From an uncultured Verrucomicrobiae bacterium (GTDB lineage Bacteria; Verrucomicrobiota; Verrucomicrobiia; Chthoniobacterales; JAATET01): a DNA stretch of 64,000 bases. Made by a program: the position numbers and the translations under genes. Location of the stretch: the NCBI GenBank assembly GCA_963719495.1, contig CAVRCI010000014.1, forward strand, positions 32,001 through 96,000. Direction: 5' to 3'. Under the pieces are notes generated by a model. The model was not told the origin of the DNA, did no database searches, and saw only the letters and a list, made by a program, of their open reading frames with translations. Below, piece after piece: positions 48,485 to 57,516 of this stretch; the first letter of the stretch is position 1; each line of letters starts with the position of its first letter.

Positions 48485-50851
48485 ATGAAACCATTCCGAA
48501 GCTCGTTCCTTCTTTCGATTTTTCTCACCGCGTTGGTCGCTCGGGCCGATCCGGCTGGCGGGGATTTGTCGAATGCTTATGAATTCAAGCCCATCAAAAT
48601 CGGCGGCGGCGGATTCGTCACCGGTCTACAGATTCATCCGCGGGAGGGCGGTCCGATTTACGCCCGCACGGATGTGGGTGGTGTTTACCGCTGGGATCCG
48701 GTCGGTGCGGTCTGGAAGCAGTTGATCGTCGCGGGGGGGCTGCCGGAGACGGTGTTGGGGGCGGAGGCGGTGGACTCGGGTGACGGCACGCCCGGCCCGG
48801 GTTATCGCCGGGTCAGTCTTTACCAAACGGAGAGCATTGCCATCGACCCGAGCGACCCCGAGGTCCTGTTCGTCGCCGCCGGGAACACGACGGGCCAACC
48901 CGGCACCCTGCTCAAGAGCACGGACCGCGGAGTGAGTTTCGAAGAAATGAACCTCACCGTCCCGATGGCCGGCAACGCGGACTACCGGTTTTTCAACGAG
49001 CGGCTGGCGGTGAAGCCGGATGATTCGAGCGTCGTGCTCTTCGGTTCGCGAACGGAGGGGCTCCAGCGGAGTGCCGATGGCGGCATGAATTGGTCGCGGG
49101 CGGAGACCGTGCCGGTCGGAGAGCCGATCGACGGCACGGCGGTGGGCGTGGGCCCCGTGGTCTTCGATCCCTCGTCGCCGGAGCGGGCGTATTGCTCGGT
49201 CGCGCGGACGGGAATCTTCCGATCCGACGACGCCGGGGCGACCTGGGAGAAGATCAGCGATCAATGGGCCGACCGGATGAGCTGCGCGCAGGGGGTGCTC
49301 TACGTGGCCCGCGTCGGGCAGGGCGTGAGCAAATACACGGGCGACGGGGAGTGGACGAGTATCGATCCCCGTGGCGACAAGAGCATCGTCGACGTGGCGG
49401 TGGACCCCGCGGATGCGGCGCACCTTTACGCGATCCGATCCGGCGGGCAGAGCCTCTACCGCTCGACGGACGGGGGCGAGAATTGGACCAAGCTGAAGCC
49501 CGATTCGCTCAGCCCCGAGGGGCGCGCGTTGTTTCAATCGACGAACATCCCGTGGGTCGAAAATACGGACGTCCGCGACTGGCTCTCGGTGGGAACGCTG
49601 ATGTTCGATCCGAGGGAGCCCGGCACGCTCTGGTTCTCCGAAGGGATGGGCGTCTGGAAGTCGACCGACGCGACTCCAGAAAACGATGCGCCGGTCTTCG
49701 TCAACACGTCCCAGGGCATCGAAGAACTCGTGGCCGGTGACATCCTCGCCAGCCCCGGCGGGAAGGTGACGTTGGTCACGCGGGACCGGGTGGGCTTCCA
49801 ACGGTCGCACGAGACTTTGGACGAATTCCCGGAAGAGCAGATCGGCCTGTCCCAGGAATTTGGCATGGGCATCACGCTGGCCTCCTCTGCGGGCACGCCG
49901 GACTTCCTTGTGGCCTCGGTCGCCGACTCGCGCACCCCTCCCGTGATGGGTGGCTACGACGGGTGGGGCGTGAGCAGCGGATTCTCCGAGGATGGTGGTG
50001 AGACTTGGGAGGTTTTTGGTTCCGTCGATCAATCCAGCGAATCCAACGATCCCGAGACGCTCATGTTCGGCGAGATCGTGGTGAGTGCCGAGGACACCGA
50101 CCGGCTCGTCTGGCTGCCGCGTCTCCCGCACTGGTTCATCAAGGACGGAAAGGCCGCCTACAACGAGGCGGGGAAGCCGGAGGACGCGCAGGCGATCCAT
50201 TATTCCAAAGACCGGGGCGCGACCTGGCAGCGGGCCGAAATCGGCGATTACGAGGATCTTCGGCAGGAGTATCTGACGGTCAAGCGGTCGCTTGCCGCCG
50301 ACTCGGTCGATGGCGATACCTTCTACGCCTACGACACGGGCGGGAGGATCTTTGCTTCGGAGGACGGGGGCGCGACGTGGGCCGAGCGTTTTGCCGGAGG
50401 CAGTCTGCCATCCCATGCCTTCGCGAACGTCCTGCGTGCCGCTCCGGGGAAGGCGGGGCACCTCTGGTTTGCCTCGGGATGGGACTACCGGGGTGGTGCC
50501 GATTACGAGGGGCTTTATCGCAGCACGGATGGCGGGTCGAGCTGGAACAAAGCGGAGGGATTTTCGACGACCTGGCAGTTTGGCTTCGGCAAACCGAAGA
50601 CCGAGGGAGGTTATCCGACGCTGTTCGTCTACGGTCGCTACCACGACGAGTGGGGGCTCTACCGATCCACCGACGAAGGATCGTCCTGGAAGTTGATCAG
50701 CCAGTGGCCGCTGGGGATCGCGGATCACGTCCTCACCGTCGCGGGCGATCCGGACATCTTCGGCCGGGTGTATCTGGGCTGGGCGGGAAATGGATTTGCC
50801 TACGGGACACCCATCGATGGACCAGCCAACGACGAGGAAAAAAGCGAATGA
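48485..50851 (+). CDS. Secreted GH74-like BNR beta-propeller (paralogue of 40124-42370)
   Basis: FKPIKIGGGGFVTG, RTDVGGVYRW, Asp-box repeats, GDPDIFGRVYLGWAGN. Confidence 0.88.
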   Translation: MKPFRSSFLLSIFLTALVARADPAGGDLSNAYEFKPIKIGGGGFVTGLQIHPREGGPIYARTDVGGVYRWDPVGAVWKQLIVAGGLPETVLGAEAVDSGDGTPGPGYRRVSLYQTESIAIDPSDPEVLFVAAGNTTGQPGTLLKSTDRGVSFEEMNLTVPMAGNADYRFFNERLAVKPDDSSVVLFGSRTEGLQRSADGGMNWSRAETVPVGEPIDGTAVGVGPVVFDPSSPERAYCSVARTGIFRSDDAGATWEKISDQWADRMSCAQGVLYVARVGQGVSKYTGDGEWTSIDPRGDKSIVDVAVDPADAAHLYAIRSGGQSLYRSTDGGENWTKLKPDSLSPEGRALFQSTNIPWVENTDVRDWLSVGTLMFDPREPGTLWFSEGMGVWKSTDATPENDAPVFVNTSQGIEELVAGDILASPGGKVTLVTRDRVGFQRSHETLDEFPEEQIGLSQEFGMGITLASSAGTPDFLVASVADSRTPPVMGGYDGWGVSSGFSEDGGETWEVFGSVDQSSESNDPETLMFGEIVVSAEDTDRLVWLPRLPHWFIKDGKAAYNEAGKPEDAQAIHYSKDRGATWQRAEIGDYEDLRQEYLTVKRSLAADSVDGDTFYAYDTGGRIFASEDGGATWAERFAGGSLPSHAFANVLRAAPGKAGHLWFASGWDYRGGADYEGLYRSTDGGSSWNKAEGFSTTWQFGFGKPKTEGGYPTLFVYGRYHDEWGLYRSTDEGSSWKLISQWPLGIADHVLTVAGDPDIFGRVYLGWAGNGFAYGTPIDGPANDEEKSE

Positions 50852-50969
50852 CGACGCCATCGATTTGCTTATCCGACGTGAGCCGCGGACTGGCAAAACA
50901 ATGCCGTCGGCTTTAGTTTTCACCTGAAACGTTCAATCCCCAGAACCCCCATACCCCCCCAAAACCCCC

Positions 50970-51671
50970 ATGAAACCCCCAAAAACAGACAACGCCGCGG
51001 CGTTCACCCTCATTGAACTTCTCGTGACGATCGGGATCATCGCCACCCTCCTCGCACTGATCGTCCCCGCGGTCCGGGGAGGAATGGATCAGGCAAAAAT
51101 CGCCGAGACGGTTTCCAATCTCAGGCAGGTGGGGATCCTGATGAATCGATACGCCAGCGAGAACAACAACCGCTACCCGGCGGGGGAGGACACTTCGAAG
51201 AGCGGTGGCGAGAGGTATTGGATTCGTCGGCTGGTGGATGAGACCGGAGTGAGTCGGGGAGACGAGGCTCACAAGCTCTTCAACGCGCCGATCGCGCCGA
51301 AGCAGCCGATCCTTCAGGACAGCCAATACATTTCGTCGGCCTTCACCGGCAACGTCGCGATCCTGGGGACATTGCCAAATGCCGAGGGATATTCCACCGC
51401 CAAGTCTCGCGTCCAACTCGACCACCCGAGTCGGACGATTCTTGCCATGACCGGTGAGCAATCACTCTGGAGTAACGGCACGACTTCCTTCTTCTACAGT
51501 CCCTGGCCGTTCTCGGGGACGAAACCGGTCGATTCCCGTCTGCCGGTGACCGAGGGGGCCGGTGCAATCGGCTACTACGTCCGGGGCAAGGCCGCGGTCC
51601 TGATGGCATCGGGACACGTCGAGCTCATCGAAAAAGGCGAGATCACGTGGGGTAACATTCAGGGCTACTAG
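50970..51671 (+). CDS. Prepilin-type N-terminal cleavage/methylation domain protein
   Basis: AFTLIELLVTIGIIATLLAL..P, SNLRQVG....Y; C-terminal GKAAVLMASGHVE (variant H-X9-DG region). Confidence 0.9.
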   Translation: MKPPKTDNAAAFTLIELLVTIGIIATLLALIVPAVRGGMDQAKIAETVSNLRQVGILMNRYASENNNRYPAGEDTSKSGGERYWIRRLVDETGVSRGDEAHKLFNAPIAPKQPILQDSQYISSAFTGNVAILGTLPNAEGYSTAKSRVQLDHPSRTILAMTGEQSLWSNGTTSFFYSPWPFSGTKPVDSRLPVTEGAGAIGYYVRGKAAVLMASGHVELIEKGEITWGNIQGY

Positions 51672-51702
51672 TGGGCTGACCGCGCGTCCGGCAGCTGATT
51701 TC

Positions 51703-53064
51703 ATGACGACGGCCCCACGATTTTCTTCCGAATACCCCCGCTCCGAAATCTACCGCGTCTTTGTCAACGGGACGGAGGTCCCGACGCTCTCCTGCGACGG
51801 CGCTGATTTCGCCGAGTGGACCGCGGATCCTGACGAGGAAATCCGGGTCGAAATCTGGGTATCCAAAACGTTGGGGGAAGGCGGCAAACCCTTCACGGTG
51901 CGGCCCCGCCGACTGACGACTCCCGTCACCCAGACGGGGGATCGGCTGGAATTCACTCTCGAAGGACCCGGGCGAAGATTGCTCGAACCCGCGTCTCAAA
52001 AGATTCGAGGTCTCGCGCTTTTCGTGGGCCCGCCGATGGAGCGAAGCGAACCGCCATCACCGAAAGATGGCGGGCGGCTGCATCGCTTCGCGGCTGGACA
52101 GATTCACGACGTCGGCTGCTTCACGCTCGGCGCCGGTGACGTGCTTTGGATCGAGCGGGGCGCGATTCTGCGCGGGTGTCTGATCGCGGAGGGCGACGAT
52201 GTGTTCATCGGAGGTGGGGGCATTCTCGACGTGGACCGACGGGCGTGGGGAACGAAACACGGTCGCGGGCTACTCGCCCGCTATTGCAGCCGGTTGCGGA
52301 TCGATGGTTTGACGGTCATCAATCCAGGCTGCTGGATGGTGATGATCGGAGGATCGACGGATTCCCGGCTTTCCAATCTGCGCCTGCTCGGTTCCGGTCC
52401 CGCGACGGACGGCGTGGATGTGGTGGGTAGCTCGCGGATCGTCGTCGAGGATGTGTTCTGCGTGAACGGGGACGACTGCCTCGTGGTCAAGGCCTTCGCC
52501 GGCTACGAAGATAGCCTCGGCGACGGTGGGCCGGATTGGCTGGGATTCAGTCGAAACGTCGAGGACGTCGTTTTTCAACGGTGCACCGTGGGGTGTTTCC
52601 TCGGCGGGTCGGCGATGGAAATCGGTCACGAACTCACGGCTCCGCGGGTTCGTGGGGTGACCTTCCGGGAGATTGACGTGCTCTTCGTGCACGATTTTGG
52701 CGCGGTTTTCAGCATTCACGTGGCTGACTCCGCGGAGGTGTCGCGCGTGCGTTACGACGACATTCGGATCGAGCATTGTTTCGATAAGCTGATCGACCTT
52801 CGGGTGCTCCGATCCCGGTGGAGCGAGGCCGCCGAGCGAGGTCGCATCCGGGACGTGCGGTTTGAAAATGTCGACTGGTGGACGCATCCCTACAACGCTG
52901 GGTACACGATGAGTGTGCTCGGCGGATGGGATGAAACCCATCTCGTCGAGGAGATAGCTTTTTCCGATTTCCGGATCGACGGCGAGCGGATCGAGAATAT
53001 CGACCGACTGGACATCCATTCCCGCTACGCTTCGGTTCCCACGCTCGAAGCGCCGCCGAGATGA
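51703..53064 (+). CDS. GH28-like right-handed beta-helix glycoside hydrolase
   Basis: I.GGGILD, TDGVDVVGS, NGDDCLVVK, MEIGHE. Confidence 0.75.
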   Translation: MTTAPRFSSEYPRSEIYRVFVNGTEVPTLSCDGADFAEWTADPDEEIRVEIWVSKTLGEGGKPFTVRPRRLTTPVTQTGDRLEFTLEGPGRRLLEPASQKIRGLALFVGPPMERSEPPSPKDGGRLHRFAAGQIHDVGCFTLGAGDVLWIERGAILRGCLIAEGDDVFIGGGGILDVDRRAWGTKHGRGLLARYCSRLRIDGLTVINPGCWMVMIGGSTDSRLSNLRLLGSGPATDGVDVVGSSRIVVEDVFCVNGDDCLVVKAFAGYEDSLGDGGPDWLGFSRNVEDVVFQRCTVGCFLGGSAMEIGHELTAPRVRGVTFREIDVLFVHDFGAVFSIHVADSAEVSRVRYDDIRIEHCFDKLIDLRVLRSRWSEAAERGRIRDVRFENVDWWTHPYNAGYTMSVLGGWDETHLVEEIAFSDFRIDGERIENIDRLDIHSRYASVPTLEAPPR

Positions 53065-54602
53065 CGCCGATTCAGCCCTGGCGTGAGCATGAGATCGTGC
53101 TGGAAGCGGAGGAATTTGAGGGTGATCCGTATCTCGACGTCGAGGCGTGGATCGACTTCGAACACGAGTGCGGGACAGCTCTGCGCCGTCCGGCCTTCTG
53201 GGACGGCGGGGGCACGTGGCGGGTGCGGTTTGCGTCGCCATTACGCGATGGAATCTGGCGGTGGCGGAGTGGTGGAAACGTAACGGCGTTGGACGGGCGC
53301 GAGGGGACGCTGGAGGTCGTGCCCGGCGAGACCGTCGGTCGATTTGAAGCGCACGGGTTCTGGCACATTCCCGAGGGCGGGCGAAATCTCCTGCATCGCG
53401 ACGGGACGCCCGCGTTGCTGGTGGCGGACACCGCGTGGGCGCTGCCGTGGCGGGCGACGCTCGAGGATTGCGAAGCCTACGCCAAGCGCAGGGCGGAGCA
53501 GGGTTTTAACGCGGCACTGCTGATGACGCTGCAGCCGGATCGGAGGGCGGAGGGGCCGGAGGATCGCGAGGCCGACGGTGGGTTCGCGCGGGCGTTCGAC
53601 GATCTGCCGACGGGAACCCTCCGGCGGTTGCGTCCGCAGTATTTTCGGGAGTTTGATCGACTGGTCGGCGTCCTCGTCGCGCACGGGATCGTGCCGGTCT
53701 ATCAGCCCGTGTTTCACGGGTTCGGCTGGAAGGGACTGGGGACGGCGGGCAACGATGTCTCGCCGGAAGATTACGCCCGCTATTGCCGCTACCTCGTGGC
53801 GCGCTACGGGGCGCGGCCTGCGATTTATCTCGTGCTGGGTGACGGCGATGGCGAGTCCGAGGCGGTGCGTCGGGGCGGCGAGGAGATCGAGCGTTCGGAC
53901 GCCTACGGCCAGCCGACGGGCCTGCACTACGGTCCGCACGGAACGAATCGAAGTTTTCAGGAAGCCGGGTGGGTCGATTTCCAATGGTGCCAGACCGGGC
54001 ACAACGGCGAGCACCTGCCCGAGCGGACGGCGGACTTGTGGCGGAACGAGCCGGTGAAGGCGGTGGCAAATGGCGAGCCGACCTACGAGCGAATCGGCCG
54101 CCCGGACCGGGCGGTCGGTTGGTGGCAGGGGCACGAGGCGTGGTGCAACCTGTGCGCGGGCGGGACGATGGGGGTGGTCTACGGAGCGGGGAGTCTTTGG
54201 CAATGGAAGCTGCACCGCGACGAGCCGGGGCACCCGGAGTGGGCGATGGCTGCGAAAGCGGATTGGCGCGACGCGCTGGAATTCGAAGGCGCGAATTACG
54301 TCGGGCACGTGGGGCGGATCCTCGCCGGGATGGAATTCGACGGCATGGCACCAACTTGGAGTTTCACGTATGGCGGGAGGGCGCTGGCGGTCTCGGGGAA
54401 GTTCTTTCTCATCTACCTCGAACGGGGGGGCGATTGCACGATCCGCAGCGAAGCGGTCCCGCGGAGCTACCGGATATTTGACCCCCGGACGGGCGTCGTC
54501 GTCGCAACGGGCGAATTGGGAGCGGAGCGTCCCGCGCCGGTCTCAACGGGTTCGGAGGATGCGAGAGTCATCGTTTTTGGCGCCCCTCGAAGCGGCGGGT
54601 AG
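53061..54602 (+). CDS. DUF5060/DUF4038 (apiosidase-like, GH140-related) protein
   Basis: AFWDGG.TWRVRF, LVADTAW, QGFNA, YLVARYGA, QTGH, NGEPTYE. Confidence 0.8.
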   Translation: MTPIQPWREHEIVLEAEEFEGDPYLDVEAWIDFEHECGTALRRPAFWDGGGTWRVRFASPLRDGIWRWRSGGNVTALDGREGTLEVVPGETVGRFEAHGFWHIPEGGRNLLHRDGTPALLVADTAWALPWRATLEDCEAYAKRRAEQGFNAALLMTLQPDRRAEGPEDREADGGFARAFDDLPTGTLRRLRPQYFREFDRLVGVLVAHGIVPVYQPVFHGFGWKGLGTAGNDVSPEDYARYCRYLVARYGARPAIYLVLGDGDGESEAVRRGGEEIERSDAYGQPTGLHYGPHGTNRSFQEAGWVDFQWCQTGHNGEHLPERTADLWRNEPVKAVANGEPTYERIGRPDRAVGWWQGHEAWCNLCAGGTMGVVYGAGSLWQWKLHRDEPGHPEWAMAAKADWRDALEFEGANYVGHVGRILAGMEFDGMAPTWSFTYGGRALAVSGKFFLIYLERGGDCTIRSEAVPRSYRIFDPRTGVVVATGELGAERPAPVSTGSEDARVIVFGAPRSGG

Positions 54603-54636
54603 GGAAAGATTTGGCTGATGAGGCGGCGGTCGTTGA

Positions 54637-54777
54637 TCATTCCGCCTCCCACGAATCCGTGCGGAAAGGTTCGGCGGGGAGAAACGAACTCCCGACAAGG
54701 TTGGCGATCGGGTTCTTCGCCCACGCGTAGCGAACGGCGACCGGACGCGGGATCCCGGGATGCGAGACGAACACCTC
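54637..54777 (-). pseudogene. Orphan 3' fragment of a sialate O-acetylesterase-like gene
   Basis: [16 protein letters not shown]....[11 protein letters not shown] is the typical C-terminus of this family. The rest is missing, cut at the repeat at 54778. Confidence 0.8.
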
Positions 54778-54964
54778 GAAGAGGGGTCGAAGAGGGGTCG
54801 TCGAAGGGGGGTCGGTCATTCATATGGACCTATTTAGTGAAGAGGGGTCGGTCATTCATATGGACCTATTTAGGATTCTGAGGATGTTCGATTCAAGGGG
54901 TTCGAAATACTTCAGCCGACCGGCGCAATTTGCAAATGTGTCAATATGAATGACCGACCCCTTC
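54778..54964. mobile_element. 126-bp inverted-repeat element (subtype D, empty copy 1, 54839-54964) preceded by three nested partial ends
   Basis: Perfect 18-bp inverted repeat GGGGTCGGTCATTCATAT. Partial ends of 11, 14 and 36 bp at 54778-54838. Confidence 0.9.
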
Positions 54965-54987
54965 GCCGGTGACTCGTTTTTCCAAGG

Positions 54988-55113
54988 GTATGAACGGGAA
55001 CATGGGTTACTGATAAACCGACCACATGGGTAACACTTAGAGGGTTAGCTTTCATGGCTTGCGGGAGCAAGCTTTGACTCCCAACGCTCGGCGTAGGCCG
55101 GAGGCCGAAGCCG
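54988..55113. mobile_element. Isolated end of an IS481-like element
   Basis: GTATGAACGGGAACATGGGTTAC...ACATGGGTAACA, reiterated boxes typical of IS481-family ends. It replaces the normal right flank of the D element and is cut by the next D element. Confidence 0.5.
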
Positions 55114-55230
55114 GAAGAGGGGTCGGTCATTCATATGGACCTATTTAGGATTCTGAGGATGTTCGATTCAAGGGGTTCGAAATACTTCAGCCGACCGGCG
55201 CAATTTGCAAATGTGCCAATATGAATGACC
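55114..55230. repeat. Subtype D element copy 2, interrupted by IS110 (remainder at 56825-56833)
   Basis: Matches 54839-54955 with one SNP. Confidence 0.9.
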
Positions 55231-55529
55231 TCTCTGAAAAAAGGGTCGAAGGGCTGTCAAGGGTCTAATTTAGAGGGTTCTTGGCCCGAGTGGGGCGGGG
55301 AACGCAGAAGAAAGCGCCCAATGGGTGACCATCAGGGCAGGGAAAAGCGCGGGCTCTTACATCGAGGGAAGGAGCCTGTAAACTTGGGACGATAGCGATG
55401 CTGGAATCACACTTCTCTGCGGGGCGGGCACTTCTGGCCCCCATCCATTGTGGCGATCAGATCCCCAGCCCTCCATCCTGACCCAAGGTGCGCCGACTAA
55501 GTGCTAAGACTTAGCGACCAACCAGTCGT
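55231..55529 (-). ncRNA. Candidate bridge/seek RNA region of IS110 copy 1
   Basis: Position downstream of the transposase as in the IS1111 group. Contains 8-mers matching the target junction and the predicted circle junction. RNA boundaries unknown. Confidence 0.5.
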
Positions 55530-56741
55530 TCATTGGAGCGGCTGGGGAAATTGTTTTCGAGAAGATCGACGTTTGCGTCCCTGGCGTGTTTTCGGGGTTT
55601 TCATGTCTTCAATTTTTTCCTTGGCCAGGCCGGATCGGGAAGGCGTTTGCCCGTCCGCGTCACGGCGCTGGCTTCGGAGCTTTTGGGATTCAGGAAAGTT
55701 CGTGTAGGAACGCCCCTGGGTCAAGAGGCTCCAGGTGATTCGGGCCATCCGGCGGGCGGTGGCCAGAATGGCGGTGTTGGCTTTCTTGCCGTGAGCGCGT
55801 TTGTTTTTGTAGTAGTCGCCGAAGTAGGGCGAGCAGCCAACGGCTACCCAGGCGGCCTCGACGAAGGCCCAACGCAGCCACTTGTTGCACTGGGGCAGCA
55901 GGCGTCCGTGGTAGGTCTTACCGCCGCTGCTGCTCGTCGCCGGGCAGAGTCCCGCGTAGCCGCAGAGCTTCTGCGCGGAGGCAAAGCGCGAGATGTCGTC
56001 GATCTCGGCGACGACAACCGCGGCGAGGATGGGTCCCATCCCGGGGAGACTGCAGACGTGGGTGAGCTCGGGGCTTTGGCTCATGAGATCTTTGAGCGCT
56101 GCCTCGTCTTGGCGGATGCGAGCGACCAACTCGTTGTGGAGGGCGAGTTGCTGGGTCAGGAGCATGCCTGCTGGTTCGGGCAACTCGAGCTTCTCCAGAA
56201 AACTCAGTCCCTTCTTGCCGAAGAGGTCGCTGCAGACAGGAAGTTTAAGTTCGTGCTGCCCACCAAGTAACCGGTGGATGCGGTTGCGCAGCATCGTGCG
56301 TTGGCGCACGAAGAAACAGCGCTGGCGCAGCACGTTCTTGATGTCGCGGGTCTCGCGACTGGGGATGTGGACGCTCGAAATCAAATTGGCCCGCAACAGA
56401 TTGGCCAACGCTCGGGCGTCGATCTTATCGGTCTTGATTTGGGCCTCGGCGATGATCCGCGTCTTAAACGGGTTGGCCAACACGATGTTCTCGGCGGGCA
56501 TCACCTGCTCGAGAATCTCGTAGAGCCAGTGCCAGTTCATGCTCGCTTCGAAGACGATCCGGCACCCCGGCCACCGCTCGACGAGCCGCCCAAAATCTCC
56601 GCTGATCGCGTGCTCGATGCGCCCTTGGCCGAGCACCTCGCCGTGGCCATCAACCACGCAATAGACGCTGTATCGCTTGTGATAATCGATGCCAATGAAG
56701 CTCGATTCCGTCGGTAGGCTTTTTGGTTGGGTTTTCATCAC
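55530..56741 (-). CDS. IS110-family DEDD recombinase
   Basis: IGIDYHK, FEAS, KTDKIDA (RuvC-like DEDD); SLPGMGP; YAGLCP...SSGG catalytic Ser; LRWAFVEAA. Confidence 0.96.
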   Translation of the reverse strand: MMKTQPKSLPTESSFIGIDYHKRYSVYCVVDGHGEVLGQGRIEHAISGDFGRLVERWPGCRIVFEASMNWHWLYEILEQVMPAENIVLANPFKTRIIAEAQIKTDKIDARALANLLRANLISSVHIPSRETRDIKNVLRQRCFFVRQRTMLRNRIHRLLGGQHELKLPVCSDLFGKKGLSFLEKLELPEPAGMLLTQQLALHNELVARIRQDEAALKDLMSQSPELTHVCSLPGMGPILAAVVVAEIDDISRFASAQKLCGYAGLCPATSSSGGKTYHGRLLPQCNKWLRWAFVEAAWVAVGCSPYFGDYYKNKRAHGKKANTAILATARRMARITWSLLTQGRSYTNFPESQKLRSQRRDADGQTPSRSGLAKEKIEDMKTPKTRQGRKRRSSRKQFPQPLQ

Positions 56742-56934
56742 CCCAACCTACACCATTCATTTTATCAGGCTCTCCGGGCCCCACTTCCCAGCAACGCTCT
56801 ATTCATCAGCCTTTCATGCCGCCTGACCCCTTCGCCGGTGACTCGTTTTTCCAAGGGGCCCCCATTGATTTGAACGCGAGGACGAGACGTCCTCCCCCCG
56901 TTTTCGGCAACTCTCCAGGCGCTTCGAAGATGCG

Positions 56935-57099
56935 CTACGCGGTCACGGTAAGCGACGCCGACAGCGTGGCCGTCGAATCCTCGCCGCACCAGACCGTGAA
57001 CTCGCCCGGCTCGAGCAGCCATTTGCTGGTAGGCGAGAAATAGCCGAGCTCTTCCGCGCCCAATTCGAACGTCACCTCGCGTGCCTCGCCCGGCTGAAG
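56935..57099 (-). pseudogene. Duplicated 3' end of the GH3 gene
   Basis: LQPGEAREVTFEL...LTVTA; 56825-57099 matches 58982-59256 with about 5-6 substitutions. Confidence 0.9.
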
Positions 57100-57100
57100 T

Positions 57101-57217
57101 GAAGAGGGGTCGGTCATTCATATGGACCTATTTAGGATTCTGAGGATGTTCGATTCAAGGGGTTCGAAATACTTCAGCCGACCGGCGCAATTTGCAAATG
57201 TGTCAATATGAATGACC
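57101..57217. repeat. Subtype D element copy 3, interrupted by IS110 (remainder at 58812-58820)
   Basis: Matches 54839-54955. Confidence 0.9.
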
Positions 57218-57516
57218 TCTCTGAAAAAAGGGTCGAAGGGCTGTCAAGGGTCTAATTTAGAGGGTTCTTGGACCGAGTGGGGCATGGGACGCAGAAGAAA
57301 GCGCCCAATGGGTGACCATCAGGGCAGGGAAAAGCGCGGGCTCTTACATTAAGGGAAGGAGCCTGTAAACTTGGGACGATAGCGATGCTGGAATCACACT
57401 TCTCTGCGGGGCGGGCACTTCTGGCCCCCATCCATTGTGGCGATCAGATCCCCAGCCCTCCATCCTGACCCAAGGTGCGCCGACTAAGTGCTAAGACTTA
57501 GCGACCAACCAGTCGT
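57218..57516 (-). ncRNA. Candidate bridge/seek RNA region of IS110 copy 2
   Basis: As copy 1, with six substitutions relative to it. Confidence 0.5.

Larger units (their letters stand above)
55231..56824 (-). mobile_element. IS110-family (IS1111-group architecture) element, copy 1, ~1594 bp
   Basis: Boundaries from comparison with empty D elements (AATGACC^GACCCC). Short 5' and ~300-bp 3' non-coding regions; no long terminal inverted repeats. Confidence 0.9.

Noticed and set aside
55231..55260. IS circle-junction promoter from TTGACA (minus strand, 55260-55255)
   Set aside because: The hexamer 17 bp downstream is TCAGAG, still inside the right end; no convincing -10 box forms.
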